From NCBI GenBank assembly GCA_030704615.1, contig CM060732.1:25668001-25732000 (forward strand): a stretch of 64,000 bases of DNA, in the 5' to 3' direction. The notes beneath the pieces are model-generated. The model saw nothing but the letters and a program-made list of their open reading frames with translations. It ran no database searches and had not been told where the DNA came from. Shown piece after piece: positions 25,184 to 39,619 of the stretch (position 1 is its first letter; each line of letters begins with the position of its first letter). The position numbers were made by a program, and so were the translations under genes. The stretch comes from Takakia lepidozioides (Eukaryota > Plantae > Bryophyta).

Positions 25184-25456
25184 TATATTGTTTTGTAAAT
25201 GTTTGTAAATTTGTAATTAATGGTCAGATTCCTTCTACCTACCTTTTCGTCATTGGATGAACAGACGTTGGATGATGACCGTTGAAAAAGGGCTTGGATG
25301 AAACAGCTGGAGACAATCTATTTTTAAACTAAGTATTGTCTTATGTTAACAGCTAGTTTATCTCTAAATTAGAATGAAGTGACGTCCTATCTGGACAGAC
25401 ACCCCAATGGCATCCAGGTGACCAATCAGGGCTTGCCACTTGGTCGGATAAGATTG

Positions 25457-25526
25457 TGGGCCTTCGTTTATAAAAGGGATCAACACGACGCTTAAGGCGG
25501 CGGTGTACGTTTGGTGTGAAACCCTA
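25457..25526 (+). promoter_or_regulatory. Site II (TGGGCC) and telobox (AAACCCTA) upstream of the L32 gene
   Basis: Motifs at 25457 and 25519; this pairing is typical of plant ribosomal protein promoters, but both motifs are short. Confidence 0.35.
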
Positions 25527-25916
25527 TTGTACCTGTGTGGGAGTTTTGGATGAAAAGGATGTGAGTGGGGATGTGCTGTTAGGCTGTGTGAGTGATTCTG
25601 TCTCCTCTGCGTTGGATCCTGCCTATCTCGCTAGCCTGCTTTACCGAGCATATATCCCCCTTATAGCTCAATACCCCGAGAGGAAGAGGAATAACGGGGT
25701 GGCCGTGAATCTGGCTTTACAACTGTCTAGAAAATAAGAAGGAAGGCCGGGAAAAACAAAAAAAATTGGTTGAACGTGAAGGCCCGGCCTAATAATAACA
25801 TTGCGAGAGTTGTTCAACGCAATCGAGCCCTTCCTCGCAAGCAGCCTCATTTTTGAACACAACAATCCGGGCATGTTGCAAGTCCAAGCCGTGAGGCGCA
25901 GGAGGCACAGTGTGTA

Positions 25917-26177
25917 ATGGCGAGGACAGTGCGGCTGGCGGAGCGAGTGAGGTCCTTGCTCGTCAGCTCTGCCTCTCAATCTCGGGCATTTCATGGCCTG
26001 TCATGTGTTGTGCCAGAAGTCTCATTTTCGTTCTCTTCTTCACGGATAGTAGCACCGATCATGGAGTTTTTACATGTTGCGAATGCGTCCCCGCCCAACT
26101 TGGTTGGGGAGATGGAGCTCATGGCCGTTCCCAAGCGCAAAGTCTCTTTCTTTCTCCTCCCCCAGCCTCCCCCCGAG

Positions 26178-26233
<56 letters not shown>

Positions 26234-26744
26234 GGTTCAGGGGTTGCGGCAGAGTGTTGGACAAGTGTCTGCCAGCAGCCCCTGCCTGCATTAAGGGTTT
26301 ATTTGTCCTTAGGAAGTTTTGATAATGTGGGTTCGAGAAGCTGGACCGTAGGTTGTGATGTCGAATTGATCGCTCACCTAGTCCCATTGAGCTGGGACGC
26401 AGGTAACACCATCAAGGAAGGGCAAGCGAAATGGGCCGAAATTTTTGAGGGCCGCCCCTGTTGTGGCCAAGTGCAAGTACGAACCCCATCTCCCCCCACC
26501 AACTTTTTCAGAGAATGGGAATCGTCCATTTGTTGCCATTCTTAAGACAGGTTTAGCCAGGGTATTCTTGGTTGGAGAGTGTATCTAGCTTTTGGTCTTC
26601 AAGGGGTCTTGGTGGAATCTTGTGGAAGCTGTCGTTGCTGCATTTGCAGTTTTCATTTATCAGTTTTGTGTGATTGCTGCCAGGGCTTGTGGGCGTATCA
26701 AGCTTCCACAGTTCTATTGTTGCGATGGTCAAATCAAAGGATAG
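25917..26744 (+). CDS. RPL32: Mitochondrial ribosomal protein L32 (bL32m); exons 25917-26141, 26403-26476, 26684-26744
   Basis: Transit-peptide-like N-terminus, then MELMAVPKRK|VTPSRKGKRNGPKFLRAAPVVAKCK|ACGRIKLPQFYCCDGQIKG*; GT-AG introns with consistent phases. Confidence 0.93.
26179..26225. repeat. (CT)n microsatellite in L32 intron 1
   Basis: Direct read. Confidence 0.95.
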
Positions 26745-28567
26745 AAATCTATGGAGGAATGCAGATGCATGGACCCTGTGATTGCTCAGTAGCATGAAAA
26801 GCATCTCGATTTGAATTTTTTGCGGTATCGTGAGCAATCCGTTGCAAATTGCAGCTCTTGGGTGGTTGGATTCTAAGTATTATTGAACGAGACTAGAGAC
26901 TCTGTATGTGTCAGCAGTATTTCTTCTCTACCTCCATCTCTCTGTAAATTGGCAGGGTTGATTTCATCTGAGTAGTGGCTAGAGCAGTTTATTGGGAGGC
27001 GTTGGAAGTCCTCTCTCCGCTTATTCCAATATTTCCCCATAAGCACAGCTTGAAGAGTCCAGTGTCTCCCTCTCCTCCTTCCACAATGGCATCCATGTAA
27101 GTTCTTACTCTGCTAGTTGAAAAAATGTTTGGAAACTCCAGTCTATATTATGGACGTTAGGAGGTGGTCAGAAGTCAGAAGACAAACTGAAGACTGTTAG
27201 TCTACAGCTAAGAAGGCCTTATTGATGACAGAGATGCAGGGCCAGGCAAAAGCACTCGAAGAATCAGAGTGTACAGTATAGTTGGGAATCATGCAAGCAT
27301 CTGCACCAATTGTGGTGGCAGGGTTGGAAGAGAAACCCTTCATTCTTCCATCATCCATGATATGTTCTTAAATGCCATCATCAAAGTGAAGACAGCTTTT
27401 GGGTGGTCTCCACTTATGAAGAATTCCAAAGGACTGTAGTAGTCTACCTGAAGAAATATGGATGTCAGGATATCACTCGCAATGCTGGAAATTCAACCTT
27501 TGTCATGGGACAGGAGTCTATTGGTATTTTGGGTTGGGTGTTGGTGAGCGGTCTGACAGGTCCAAATGTTTGTAGAGATTGAATCCTGTGAACAACCTCT
27601 CTGGCTACAAACTTGCAAGGGATTGGTGGGAGGCTGTTGATGAAATCCTTGAATCGTCTTATTGAAGACATGTTCCAGAGTGAAAAACACAGACCAGCTC
27701 CCTTGCAGAGGGGTGATAACAGAACTGAGGGAAATCCAGATCTTTGAGGGTCACTCCAGACCATATTTTGAAGCAATGTTTGACATCAGATGTGGAATTG
27801 CTGCAAAGGATTGCGTTCCACTCAATTGTCATCCACAATGTCTACAAGCTTGCCTCATCTCTCTTGCGTCTTGGACATGATAAGGAACATCACATCACCT
27901 ACACTAGTTGAGGCTTGGCAGAATCTTGCAATTTGTGGGAACATAACATCACATCGCCTAGACAAGTTGAGTCTTGGCAGAAGCTTGCAATTTGTTGCTC
28001 ACACGGTTGCCTTGTGAAGTAAAGAGGATTGTCAAAGAGGCTTTTAAGTAGTTGTCCACTCATAAAGCTCAACAACACTTAGTGTCCGGATCATTCTCAA
28101 GGGAATAGGCTATCTAGTCTACTTAAGTATCCCCACAACCATTCATTACCAGGGAGATTGTCTGGAGAACCTTCAAACAAAGCTCTAAAATAAATCACAT
28201 AACTGATCAACGCACCAAATGAGATAAGTTCACAGAAAAAAAGGCCGACTTCCTAGTTAAAATCCATGTGAATTCAGAGTCCTAGGAAAAGAAACTCCAC
28301 ATCCACAGATTCTAGAAACAAAAACTACCAGCAGCAATACTCGATTATGCCCTCATTTCTCCACCAACTATGGAAAGCCTCTACTCCTACCACTGTTCCT
28401 ACCACTGAGCAGTCAGTGGATTGTAGAACACTACTTGTTTACTATGATGGCACACCATGCCCACAGTTCATCACAGACTGAACTAGGCAGTGGTAGCTGC
28501 AGGCTCATGAATTCCAGAGAAATACACGAGAAAAGGAACTGAACAAAATGAGAAAATACTACCACAA

Positions 28568-31500
28568 CTACTGACCATCCTCGTCAGAACCCTTCAGATA
28601 AGATGCCTCTGACTCATCCCCTCCCTGCCCAGGTCCATCTCTCGGGTGCCCAAGAGAAGAAGAGACCCCTATATCTGATCCGCCGCCTCCACGCATTTCA
28701 CCTCGCAAACCCATGCTCATCTGGTTGCTGTCCCTGGGACCCCCAGGTTTTCCATACTCGGATAAAGCCCCTGATGACTGCGGACCATTGCCTCCCATAC
28801 CCGTATCGTTGGACAACACATGCATTCCACTGCTTCCTCCTGAAACCATGCCTTGTTGGCTAAGGAATGACTGCTGTGACATATGAGGTGAGTCTGGTTG
28901 GCTTTGTTGCAGGTACTGAGGTATCAAATTCCGGTGACCCATCATGAGTTGCTGCTGCTGCTGCTGCAAATACTGCTGCGCTGGTTGCATAGATGGTGCT
29001 GGGGCGGCCTGCATTATTCACTTCTGGCAATAGTTAAGTCAAGACTTAAACGAACAAACTGAAATGTCATCCTGCTTTTCTGATGTGCTTCCTTCAACCT
29101 GATCCTTCACTTTCATAATGGAGCCGATTTTGCGTGTGAGGAAAGTTGATGATTATGCCATAATGATGCCCCCATCTCCAGTGTAGAACAGTTCAAAGCT
29201 GACCCCAAATTTTACTTCATCGTGAAACATCACACTACAACATTTATTCATCTAAGCATCTTTTAGAGACAAGATATTCACTTGTCACTTAAAAACATCG
29301 GCCAACCTAATCAGTTTCCCCATAGCCCACCTTGTTCCTAACTATCCAGCTCAGTCTCCACAAAGAGTGGCAAACCAATTACAAACTAACAACATAAAGA
29401 TGAGTGAATTTCAAGGTATATTATTTGTGATATTCAGTTTGCTATTTCTTTCATAAACAATTCCAACCAACAGCTCAAGTACAAGCGCTGAAGACACTAA
29501 AGGTGCAGTGGTGACTTCATCAGTTGACATTGTCAAAACCTTTGAAACTCACTACAGTATCCTTGGCAGAATTCTAGGTCTAACAGTGAGGGGTCTTCTG
29601 CTGAATGGAGGGACACAGTTGGAAAAACTGTTCCTATGATTCAAAACAGCCCTGATGAACTGGAGTATATTTCAATGGCTTATAATGCTCCCATTAGTCC
29701 TTCTGAGATTGTGGAAGCAATTGAACATTTAAATGGATATAAAGCTGGTGGACCTGATGGTATTGTCAACGAGCTTATCAAGCACGGTGGCGATCCCATG
29801 ATAGAGGCCCTAGTTCTCCTCTTTAACCTTATCTGGAAGACTGAAATGATCCCCTTTCGCTGGTGACAGGGGGTCATTGCAATCTATACAAGAAGGGTGA
29901 CAGAGAAGAACCGGGGAACTACCGTGGCATCACGCTCCTCAATGCTGTTGGCAAGACATTCTGCAGAGTTATAAGTACTCGTCTCGAGGTTGATCTGGAG
30001 TCTAGAGGTTGTTTCCACGAAGGCCAAGCTGGCTTTCGGCGAAACAGGGGCTGTGTGGATCATATCTTCACTCTAAGCCAGATTATCCAGGGAAGGAAAA
30101 AAGAAGGGAAACCCACTTATGTTTTTTTCCTGGATGTCAAAAAGGCTTATGACACAGTGTGGAGAGATGGCCTATGGTTCCGCCTCTGGTCTTGTGGGAT
30201 CAAGGGAAAGATGTGGAGAGTTGTCCACAACTTGTATGCTCACACCAAAAGCTGTGTCACTGTTAACGGACAGAAGTCCAACTTCTTTGACATAGACCAA
30301 GGTGTAGCTCAAGGATGTACTCTCTCCCCTCTGCTCTTCAATGTTTTTATCAATCAACTCCTCGAGGATGTGGAAAGTGAGGGATTTGGGTTAAGGGTGG
30401 GTGATACCACCATACCAGCCCTTATGTTTGCGGATGACTTCGCAGGCATAGGGGAGACTCCAACCAATCTCCAGGAGTTGATTGATTGCGCGAAGAGATA
30501 CTTTGATCTTTGGGGGCTAGAGGCTAATGTCAGCAAATGTGCAGTGGTAGCATTCAACGACAGAGGAGAGGGAGGAAGTGATCTTAAGTGGCAGTGGGGT
30601 AGCCAAGAGATCCCGGTCCTCCCTTCCTACACTTACCTGGGCGTTGAGTTTTCCTCCAATTGTAATTGGGATGCACATATCCGGAAAGTTGTTCAAACTG
30701 GCAAGGGCAAAGCTCTGGGGCTCATTAAATTTTTCCACTGCAGAGGGGTCAACTCTGAGGTTAAGAAAACCATGCTTTGTCGCGTTATTAGACCTGCCTT
30801 GGAGTACGGATCTGCTATATGGGTTGATAACTCCAACCAGGCTAAGTCTCTAGAATCCATTCAAGTGGGGGTGCTTAAGGAGTGTATGTCAGCATGCTCC
30901 AAAACAGCCAATGTGGCTGTTCGGGGTGAGTTTGGCATTCTGTCCTTAAGCTCCCGACGAGATGAATTCAAGGTCAGATGGTGGGGTCAGCTGCAACATA
31001 TGCCCAACACCAGATATCGTAAGTTAATCGACTCTATATCTTGGAAACAGGACCGCCCTGTCAAACAGGCTGTCCTGGCAGAAGAGAGTAGAAGAGATTC
31101 TCAAGGACCTGGACCTGGATCCGCAAGTCTTGACCCTGCTGGATAAATCTGACTTAGAGGCTGTAGTGTCCTCAGCCATGTCTGTTGCCATGAGATTGTC
31201 TGATGAAAATGAAGTTAGGCAGAAAACTTCCCTGAACTTGTTTCCAGTCAGTGACATGGGGGAGGACATCTTGGATGACCTCAAGGGTCTACCCACTCTC
31301 GGCACTAGACTGAAATTTAAACTCAGGGCAGGAAGCCTACCTTTGAACAGCAAACAGAAGCAGAGAGGAAAGGGAGAGTGCAATTGCCCGCTGTGTGGGC
31401 AATCTGAAGACAGTATTCACTTTCTGATACACTGTCCGGGGTTCTCTCACCAAAGAGACGCTCTCTTCAATTCTATCAAGGGAATTGTGCCTGTACCCCT

Positions 31501-33603
31501 GTTTAACAACTTTGAAAGTCTCGAGGCTGAGCCAAAAGCCCAGGCCCTCCTGAGGCCTAGTTTTTGGGCAAATCACACACAGCAGATTGATGCTTGTGTG
31601 AAGGGATTTCTAGAGGATATCTGGAAAACCTGGATTAATTCTATATATGATGGTAAGTCACACTACAAACGTCAGCCCCTGACAGAGGTAGGTTCTGTCC
31701 CTTTTGTTCCCGCTCAAACTGGGCGCGGGGTCAATGGCCACAAGGCTACGGCAAACAATTTGTACCAACCCCATCGACAGAACACATGCATTGGTCAATC
31801 ATTTGAACAGCAGTCTGCTTCACAGAACTGTAGAGTCAGAGGGAAAAACCTGAGGTACACTTTGGGCTCCCTGTGGTTGTGCATCAGCTATGGCCGCTAG
31901 ATACATGAGATTCTGCTGCAGCTTTGCTTGATACCTGCAGGCATCATCACCTTCTTTTGAGATCCAATTATGAATGGCCAGCGATTGAAAAAACACTCTA
32001 TCACATCCATATCAAAGAACATGAGAGAAACCTACTGCATACCAATAAACAAGACCGAAAGGAAGACAATGTAATTATGCAGGATTACAGTCTTCCACTG
32101 GCCAGTCCACTTGTTGGTTTAGAAGCACAAGTTCCCTAGCTAGTCAATTACACACTCAACAAAACAGTTGGATCAAAACAGTTGAAGATTATTTTCCTAT
32201 AGATTGAGGGCCTCCACTGCATCTGTTTCTCTCTATACACCCACCCCTTCCTTCACAAATCACATAATGAGAAGCCCACCTACAGATTCCACGAGAAAAC
32301 CTCTACTGGATATGGTCAGCAAACAACATACGTTGCACACTCATTGAGCTTGCCAAGGTTTTGGTTGTCAAGAATAGCAAGAATAAGTTGCTTGTTCTCG
32401 TCCAAATACTGCACCCATCTCAACACCTCAGCCACATATTAACAGATCAACAGATCAGTGTTTTATTGGAGCAATTAAGCAGTGGAACACTTCTGACCCT
32501 AGGGTTTAGGGTTTTTATAAGCACGAATTTCCTGTGAAGGAAGGCTCAAGACTGATCAAGGACAAATAATTGTCATTCCCCTACAGCCTACATTGGGAAC
32601 TCAATGGTTGGCCAAATGATTGGCGCACCAACCGGGTAGTGCCACACTCGTCCATATGACCACTCCAAATGGAGGTCAGATGGAGGAGAGTCTTCAGACA
32701 CCAGCATTTAGAGATTAGAATGTAGCCAGGCAAGAGGGATGGAACACCATCTTCAAGGTACATGCATATATCTCCAGGAAGTGTTTTCAATGAATTTGTA
32801 AGAACCATTTTTTGGTCTTTTCTGGTCAGTATAGAGCCAGGAGACAACAAGAAGGCAACTTTCACGTGAATAGAGTCACTTCAATGGCTTTAAGGAAAAC
32901 AAGAGAAGCTAACGACGCGGCATGATGTATCCTTGAGAGGGGTGGTCATGCGGATTTGAACTGCCGCCGGTGCTGATTTCTGCTACCGCTGGAGGGTGTT
33001 TGCACATCGACTCCCTGGAATAAGCCAATGGAATGCCTGGACAGACCAAGTATGTATGGTGACCTCCCCCTTCTTAGGCACAAAAGATCTCCCGCTTCGG
33101 TGTCCAGACACTCGATTTGTCAAGTGTCAATACAAGCTCAGAGAGTCAAATGAGCCTCGGTGCTATGAGGTCTAATAAAAGGACATTGCATCACAAGAAT
33201 TACTAGAATTACGGGTAAGTAGACATTGTTAAGTATTTTTTCAAATAGGAGTATTTCACCTCGGCCAGAAGAAGATAAGAAAAAGGAGGAGAAGAAAGGG
33301 AGATACAAGTTCCTCAGTCATGGCAAGGACCAGTAAATTTTTTTCCACAGTCACGTGGTGCAGCCGCCAGACACTTCCACGCAAAGTATCCTATTCTGAA
33401 GAAACTACTTCGAGATTCCTTGGCTGTCGAGTTGTCAAATAAAACCTCAAGATAGCTCGAATGTCTGTGTGTGGGTATGTCTCTATCTGTGTGTGTGTGT
33501 CTTTCTGTCTCTCGCTCTCTGCATGCACAACAACGAGTACCTTTTGGATGAGTTCCGTGGTGATAGAAGTGCCGGCATAAGCCGCCATTTGCTGCTGCAT
33601 CAT
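28568..33603 (-). CDS. GIF: GRF-interacting factor (SSXT/SYT domain); exons 33603-33541, 32408-32332, 31934-31850, 29008-28568
   Basis: ITTELIQK|YLDENKQLILAILDNQNLGKLNECAT|YQAKLQQNLMYLAAIADAQPQ SNH domain; Q/G-rich C-terminus ending YLKGSDEDGQ; splice phases consistent. Confidence 0.95.
29488..31759 (+). mobile_element. 5'-truncated LINE family A (RTEX-like; RT + C-terminal CCHC), antisense in GIF intron 3
   Basis: RT motifs KAGGPDGI, NYRGITLL, QAGFR, LDVKKAYDTV, GVAQGCTLSPLLF, MFADD, YLGV; CPLC...HFLIHC; a few frameshifts. Confidence 0.93.
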
Positions 33604-36552
33604 CAGTTACTTCTCCCTTACATTCAAGTCCTCTTCCCACGCAGATGTCCCCTCGCACGCGAACAGGAAAACCAAGCAGGGACAGCCTGAAACGAAACAC
33701 CCACATACACTCGACAACCCACAAAATGCGCCACCTCAAATGCTCCCGAAACCGACAGCCCGGATGTTTTGAAGAAGCTTCAAACGCTCCCACACATCCC
33801 ACACTGGTACCTGCGCTTGCATCTATCCACGGCCCACACCTTCCGCCGGCGCACACGCAGCGCACGAGAGAGACGAGAGAGACAGTCCCGGTCGGGCCTC
33901 GGTTTGGAGTTTGGAGTTTGGACCTCTGGTCCGGTGCCCCTCCAATCCTGTTGTTGCATATGGGATTATTCAGTACCGGATGGTGTCAGACCCACACAAA
34001 TTCTCTCATACTACAATCATTCTCCCCGTGTATTTAGGATGCCAGCTAGGGTAACCAGGCTTATAATAGCGCACCTAAGCAGCATATCAATATTATCCAA
34101 TGCTGAATTAGGCTAAACAAGGCAAGGGAGGTGTCTATGGATAGCTCATGACATAGCTTATAATTCCTGAGTGAAATAACAAAATTTGGATGGAAATTGA
34201 AAAAGTTATGCAAGGGGGTCAATATGCGACCCAAACATATCAATAGCTTTAAAGGAGTTGCTTGACTAAGTTCAAATGGACTATTGATGACATGGAAGAC
34301 TTTTAATGGTTCCGATGGTCTATTCACATGGCAGCAAGGAGATGGACCCTAGTGGGAGGCAAGAAGTGCGTAGAAGATAAATGATTGAAAAGAATGTGAA
34401 TGTGGTGTACATGTGGGAGAGAAGGTGAGAGAAGATGAGTGAAGATAGCGATTTGTCTCTGTGAAAACCCACATGGTCAAGGGCCAATAACCGCTACACA
34501 CGCGCTTCACGACCGTGCATATGGAGGCCCGTGGCCATTGTAGATGAGCACTCAAGCTTCGACACTGTCGTGGTGAAACACACGGTCAACCTACGGTCAT
34601 ACAAGTAAGTGTTGGTATTCTTCATCTCTTGTCAACATGTGTGGGCGCTTGATTTTATAGGTGGTTGACTCGAGCTTGATCGCCGATCCAACCCTAGAGC
34701 ATGTTGTCGATGGTGAGGCGAGATTGATGACCAGTCAGACCATGTGGTGAGGTTGGAGGTGATGACCAGCCAACCATGGGAGTGCCTACGGTGGATGCAA
34801 GTGCAGGTGCAAGATAGTATGTTAGGAACCTAGTATTCCAAACCATAAGCCGCATCAGGTTCTCTGCCTGGATACCTTGTGGAGAGGGGGTTAGAGATAG
34901 GTTCATGACCAGTTGAATGTCAGTTTGTCAACACGGAGGTGTCACTAGTTGCTGGGGAAAGTGCCGGTACGAGCACTAGCAATACTAGCGGGTACACGAG
35001 ACGAGGTGTGCGGTTTAGGCCACCTTCTTCCACGAGCAGTAGTGGGACTAGTGGTACAGCAACTACAACGTCCATCCAAGTACTGCTGCACCAGCACTAG
35101 TGGCCGTGTCTGCCTTCAACCCTGTTGTGGAGTTCTTCGAAGAGTTGAGAAGGAACTACCAAGGGGTGAGGACAGAGAAGTTGAGGAGCTTGCAAAAATT
35201 CCAGAGAAAGCCTACTGAGAGTTTGAGGGAGGTTTTCACTCGCATGAGGCACTTGATTAATGTAACCCAAGGGGTTACGGAAGCTCAGGCAGTCCAATTC
35301 TGGTACGGGATATTGGACAAGGAGCTGAGAAGAAGGGTGTGGGATGCAACTCTCCTACAAGCGACCCAACCCACCTTAGCAAATGTATTTTTCTGGCAGA
35401 GCGGATAGAGCTCAACATGGTGGAGGAACGAGTGGTCATGGTGGGATTTGCTAAGGAGGCACCACGGGGTAGTGGTGCTCCTAGCCAGCCACTACCTCAA
35501 CGTGCTCAAGGCAACAAGGGGGCTCAGGTGAAGCCCAAGGAAGGGCAGAGCTGACCTCAGATGCATGGGTCTCTCCCTTCATTTGCAAGCCAACAACGGG
35601 CGGATGTGGTGTGTTGGACATGTGGAGGACCCCATGTCAAGAAGGTTTGCCGAGAGGGAGGCAATAGTTTGGCACCGGCACAGCCTGCATAGTTGCAGTG
35701 TGGGCATTGTGGCAAGTACGGGCATAGAGAGGCCCAGTGCTATGGTTTGCATCCTGAGTTACGCCCAGGCCAATTCCAAGGGAACAATGGTGGCCGGAGG
35801 CGAGGTGGAGTAGCCCAAAGAGGACGAGGTGGCCAGGCACAAGGTGCAAGTCAAGGGCGAGCTCAACATGGCCAGGGACATGGAGGTCAGGATGGTGACC
35901 AAGGCATGGCCAATCGGCTTCAGCAGCTAGAGTAGAGGCTCGCTGCCATGGCCACAACTCAGGTGGTACCGGCTCCAAGGCCGGATGGTCCACCTCCTGC
36001 TTCTGAGGGAGGAGACATGGGAGGCATGGGATTTATGTGCGGGGCAACACTACCACTACCACCATGGGTGGGGCACTACTACCACTGGTGAGGGGTGCCA
36101 CTACCACTGTGGGTAGGGCACCACTACCACTACCACTATGTCACTAGAAGCATTCATGTCTTTTCCGAATCGACTGCATGTCCAAAACCACTGTTACTAC
36201 TGCACAGTCGTAACGGATAAATTCGCATTTCTAATGGCGGATAGAAGTTGCATCAATGACTCCGCAGTCGGCGCAATATTCGCGGCGATTTAATTCAATT
36301 ACGTAAATTGTTTTTTTTTTTTAAAACAACAATTACAAGTGGTTTTAAGCACTAGAGAACGACTCTTAACAACTAGGCATTCATTGCACACCCTATTCAA
36401 AAATGGAATTTTTATAAGTGCTCCACATGGCTCATGACGTGGAATATTTTAATGTATTTTAGGGCTTGTGTGGCTCATAGAGATTGTTCTAATCGTCGGA
36501 TGTAAAATGATCTAAGGGTGGAAGAGTAACTTTGTCCTTTGCCTGAATTTAG

Positions 36553-37070
36553 TGCAAAGAGGTCCATCGTGACATCGTCAAAGCTAGAACTGTACCAGAT
36601 GTAACAATACCTCGTCGACATGTATGCCAAACGTGGGAGCATTCCCTTGTGGACAAGGAGTGTTCAACAATATGGCTGAGCGAAATGTGGTGTGGTGGAA
36701 CGTGATGATCGCAGGACATGCACAACATGGGCGGGGATTGCGGGTTTTGGAGACCTATGAGCAAATGATGTCGGTCTAGGGGGTGAAGCCCGAGCACATT
36801 ACGTTTGTTTGTGTTTGTAGTGCATGTGCGAGCCTGCTAGAGAAGGGCAAAGAGGTCCATGGTTGCATCGTCAAAGCTGGAATTGTGGTAGATGTCATTA
36901 TGAACAATACCCTTCTGGATAGGGAGTGTTCAACAAAATGGCTGAGCGAAATGTGGTGTCATGGAAAGTGATGATCGCAGGACATGCACAACAGGGGCGG
37001 GGATTGCAGGTTTTGGAGACCTATGAGCAGTTGATGTGGGAGGGGGTGAAGTCCGACCACATTACGTTCA
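36553..37070 (+). pseudogene. PLS-class PPR fragments (Pack-CACTA cargo)
   Basis: KEVHGCIVKAG, FNKMAERNVVSWKVMIAGHAQQGRG, GVKPEHITFVCVCSACAS; frameshifted. Confidence 0.88.
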
Positions 37071-37809
37071 GAGAGTTCAAATGCCTCTCCACCATGACCT
37101 TGCTTAGCTAACCATGCCTTGCTGATGTTGTTGTCTTGCACTTGAGCTGTTTTTGGACACTGGCTGGAACATCCACAAGGTGGCTCTGCTCGAGAGAGAA
37201 ATCAGCTTGAATGCAGGGGCAGATTTTGAGATCACAATCACCACTCAGAGCGTTGTTCTTTGCATCGGCATAGCATGTCAGCATGCATATCAGCCCAAAC
37301 TCATTACTCCATGAGCCTTCCACTGCCGGAGTGTGCCCATTCAAGCCAGATCTTTGAAACCAGCATTGCCCAACTAGATACCCAATCAAGCTCCGCATCT
37401 TGGTCCATTAATCTGCTGCACATTGTGAAGTTTTCTGCCCATTCACCGCAAGTTGAAGAAGGAGTATTCTTAAAACACGGGTACTCATAATCTGAAAATG
37501 GCTCCAGCTTATGTTGCTTGAGTGCGAATATGAGTGTGGTTGGCTTGGCAGCTTTACATCTGGTCCATCCCACTCGATATGATGAGCACGTTCAGCTTGA
37601 CTTCTCTCACACAAAAGACGTTGCCAAGATGGGGTTTGCTGCCCTAGATGACTTCCCGTCGTTGTTCTGGGCTGCAACATACAATTAATCTGGCCCATGG
37701 CGAGGGGCCTTGCCTTCCACCAATCATCTATAAGTCCTGTGAAACTGTTTTTGTGGCAGTTTGTAAGCAGTGGGCAGCGATGGTGGGCTGTTGTAGGATT
37801 TGATGAACT

Positions 37810-38410
37810 CAATGCCGTGTACATGTATGCCAAATGTGGGTGCATCAAGGATGCAATTAAGGGAGTGTTCAACAATATGGCTGAACAAAATGTGGTATGA
37901 TCATGGAGCCCATGATTGCATGATATGTACAGTGGGATGGAGTCCTTGAAGACCTCTAAGCAAATGGTGCATGAATTAAGGTGAGTTTAGCCCATTGACC
38001 ACATCAATTTTCTTTGTGTTTGCAATGCACATTGTATGTGCAAGCTTGGCAGCCCTAGAAAAGGACAATTATAAGGTCCATGGTGACATTATAAAGGGGT
38101 GTTTGCTGAGATCATGAGATCGGGTCTTTGCTCTTGTCATAGATTGAAAACAAGTCTAGGGTAGTTTTTGTCTAACCTCATTTTCAAGGAGAGTCTTTGG
38201 GCACCAAACCTCTACAGTTTTGGACACAACCCCCTCTAGGTCTACTCCCATTACGAGGATCAGAAATGCTTGGGGGCTTACATGCATGGAGCTGCGATGC
38301 TTAGACATCGGGCAATTACATTCTCCTTTGCTCTTTGCATCTGTTTACTGGTTCATGGTGACATAGTCAAAGCTGGAAATGTACTAGATGTAAGCCTGAA
38401 CATTGCCCTG
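37810..38410 (+). pseudogene. Further degenerate PPR fragments (Pack-CACTA cargo)
   Basis: MYAKCGCIKDAIKGVFNNMAEQNVV; VHGDIVKAGNVLDVSLNIAL. Confidence 0.75.
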
Positions 38411-39235
38411 AAGCCTAACCTGGAGTTATTGCCAATGTGGCAGCAAGAATTATCCAAAAACAGATAACGTAGATGTGGAGAAGCTCGTTGGTGAATCTAT
38501 GGTGGTTTTGTAGTGATTTTGACGTTACTGTAGGTAGGGTTGGGGTGTTTCCTCGAAGAACTTCACGCCGTCAGTGTCAGCTGCTTCAGCTGCTAGCAGC
38601 AAGGCTGAAGATGTATTCATGGTTTCTACACTAGCGTGGATAGCTGAAGGACCAGGGATAGAGTGTGGGTCCAGATTCATAAGAGGACCGGATTTCAAGT
38701 GAAGAAGATGTACGATCGACATCCAGACAAAGAAGATTAACACTTTGATAAGGTATGATCTGGACTGAATATGTTGTCTTCATGGCTGACGTGAGGCTTT
38801 TCACAGATTCTCACCTCTTTGTCATGGTAGGCATGATGGTACATCCACAAGCTGTAGTGCCTTTGGATGAGAAGCAGTCCCCTCACAAAGTATACCGCTC
38901 ATTTTCTCAAGAGCATACCAATTCTTTGCCTGCCAAAATGCTACGCTATCCTTTTCACTCTGAAACAGAATCCACTTGTCATGTAGGCTTGGAGTAGCCC
39001 TGCCTGAGTTACCATCACACCCTGTGTGGGCGACAACCTGAGATTACCATGATTGATTATTTTCAAGATCTTCAGGAACACTCAATCAGCTGACATGATT
39101 GCTGTTAGATGTGTCACGTCGCAATCTCAAGCTTAGAATGGAACCTCAAGGCTGGCTTGGTAGAGCAGGGACTATTCCCCTTTGGGTGTTTATTACATGT
39201 ATTCTTACCTCTAGGCTTGCAATTTTGTGCAACAG

Positions 39236-39320
39236 GCCTGATGGACTGGAGAAGGCTTATGTAAGGCTGACAACTAATTATGATGCGTTGAATATGGCAA
39301 ACAAAGTGTGTATCATCTAG
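39236..39320 (+). pseudogene. RPL23A: Captured last exon of cytosolic ribosomal protein L23a (uL23)
   Basis: aacag|...[28 protein letters not shown] versus canonical [28 protein letters not shown]; acceptor site and 3' UTR-like sequence retained. Confidence 0.88.
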
Positions 39321-39619
39321 AAGGGTTCTTGTTGTTTGGAACTGGGTTGGTTTGAGAGGTGTTTTGTAAGTTTTGTGGTTTTGCAAAGTGCTTTTCATGA
39401 GTTTCATCCATAAACGTGTGTTAAAATGTCTGGCTTTAGAACAGTTATGTTTTGATAGCTTTCATAGTTATGTGCTAATGACTGCTAATGAAGGCACCTT
39501 CTTCAATTTCACCTTATTTTCCCCTCTTATCAGAATTGTCCATAGTTATTCATGTCTAAATTCTGCAAGTTAGCTGGTTGAGTGAAGCTTTGATAGTTTG
39601 GAGTGACTTTGACATGATT

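Noticed and set aside
19764-26225. ORFs with ERERER / SLSLSL tracts
   Set aside because: Translations of GA/CT microsatellites
27200-28017. Possible F-box/LRR-like pseudogene downstream of L32
   Set aside because: Only vague LRR-like spacing, many stops and no diagnostic motif
32498-32514. Interstitial telomere
   Set aside because: Only about two TTTAGGG units; telobox-scale
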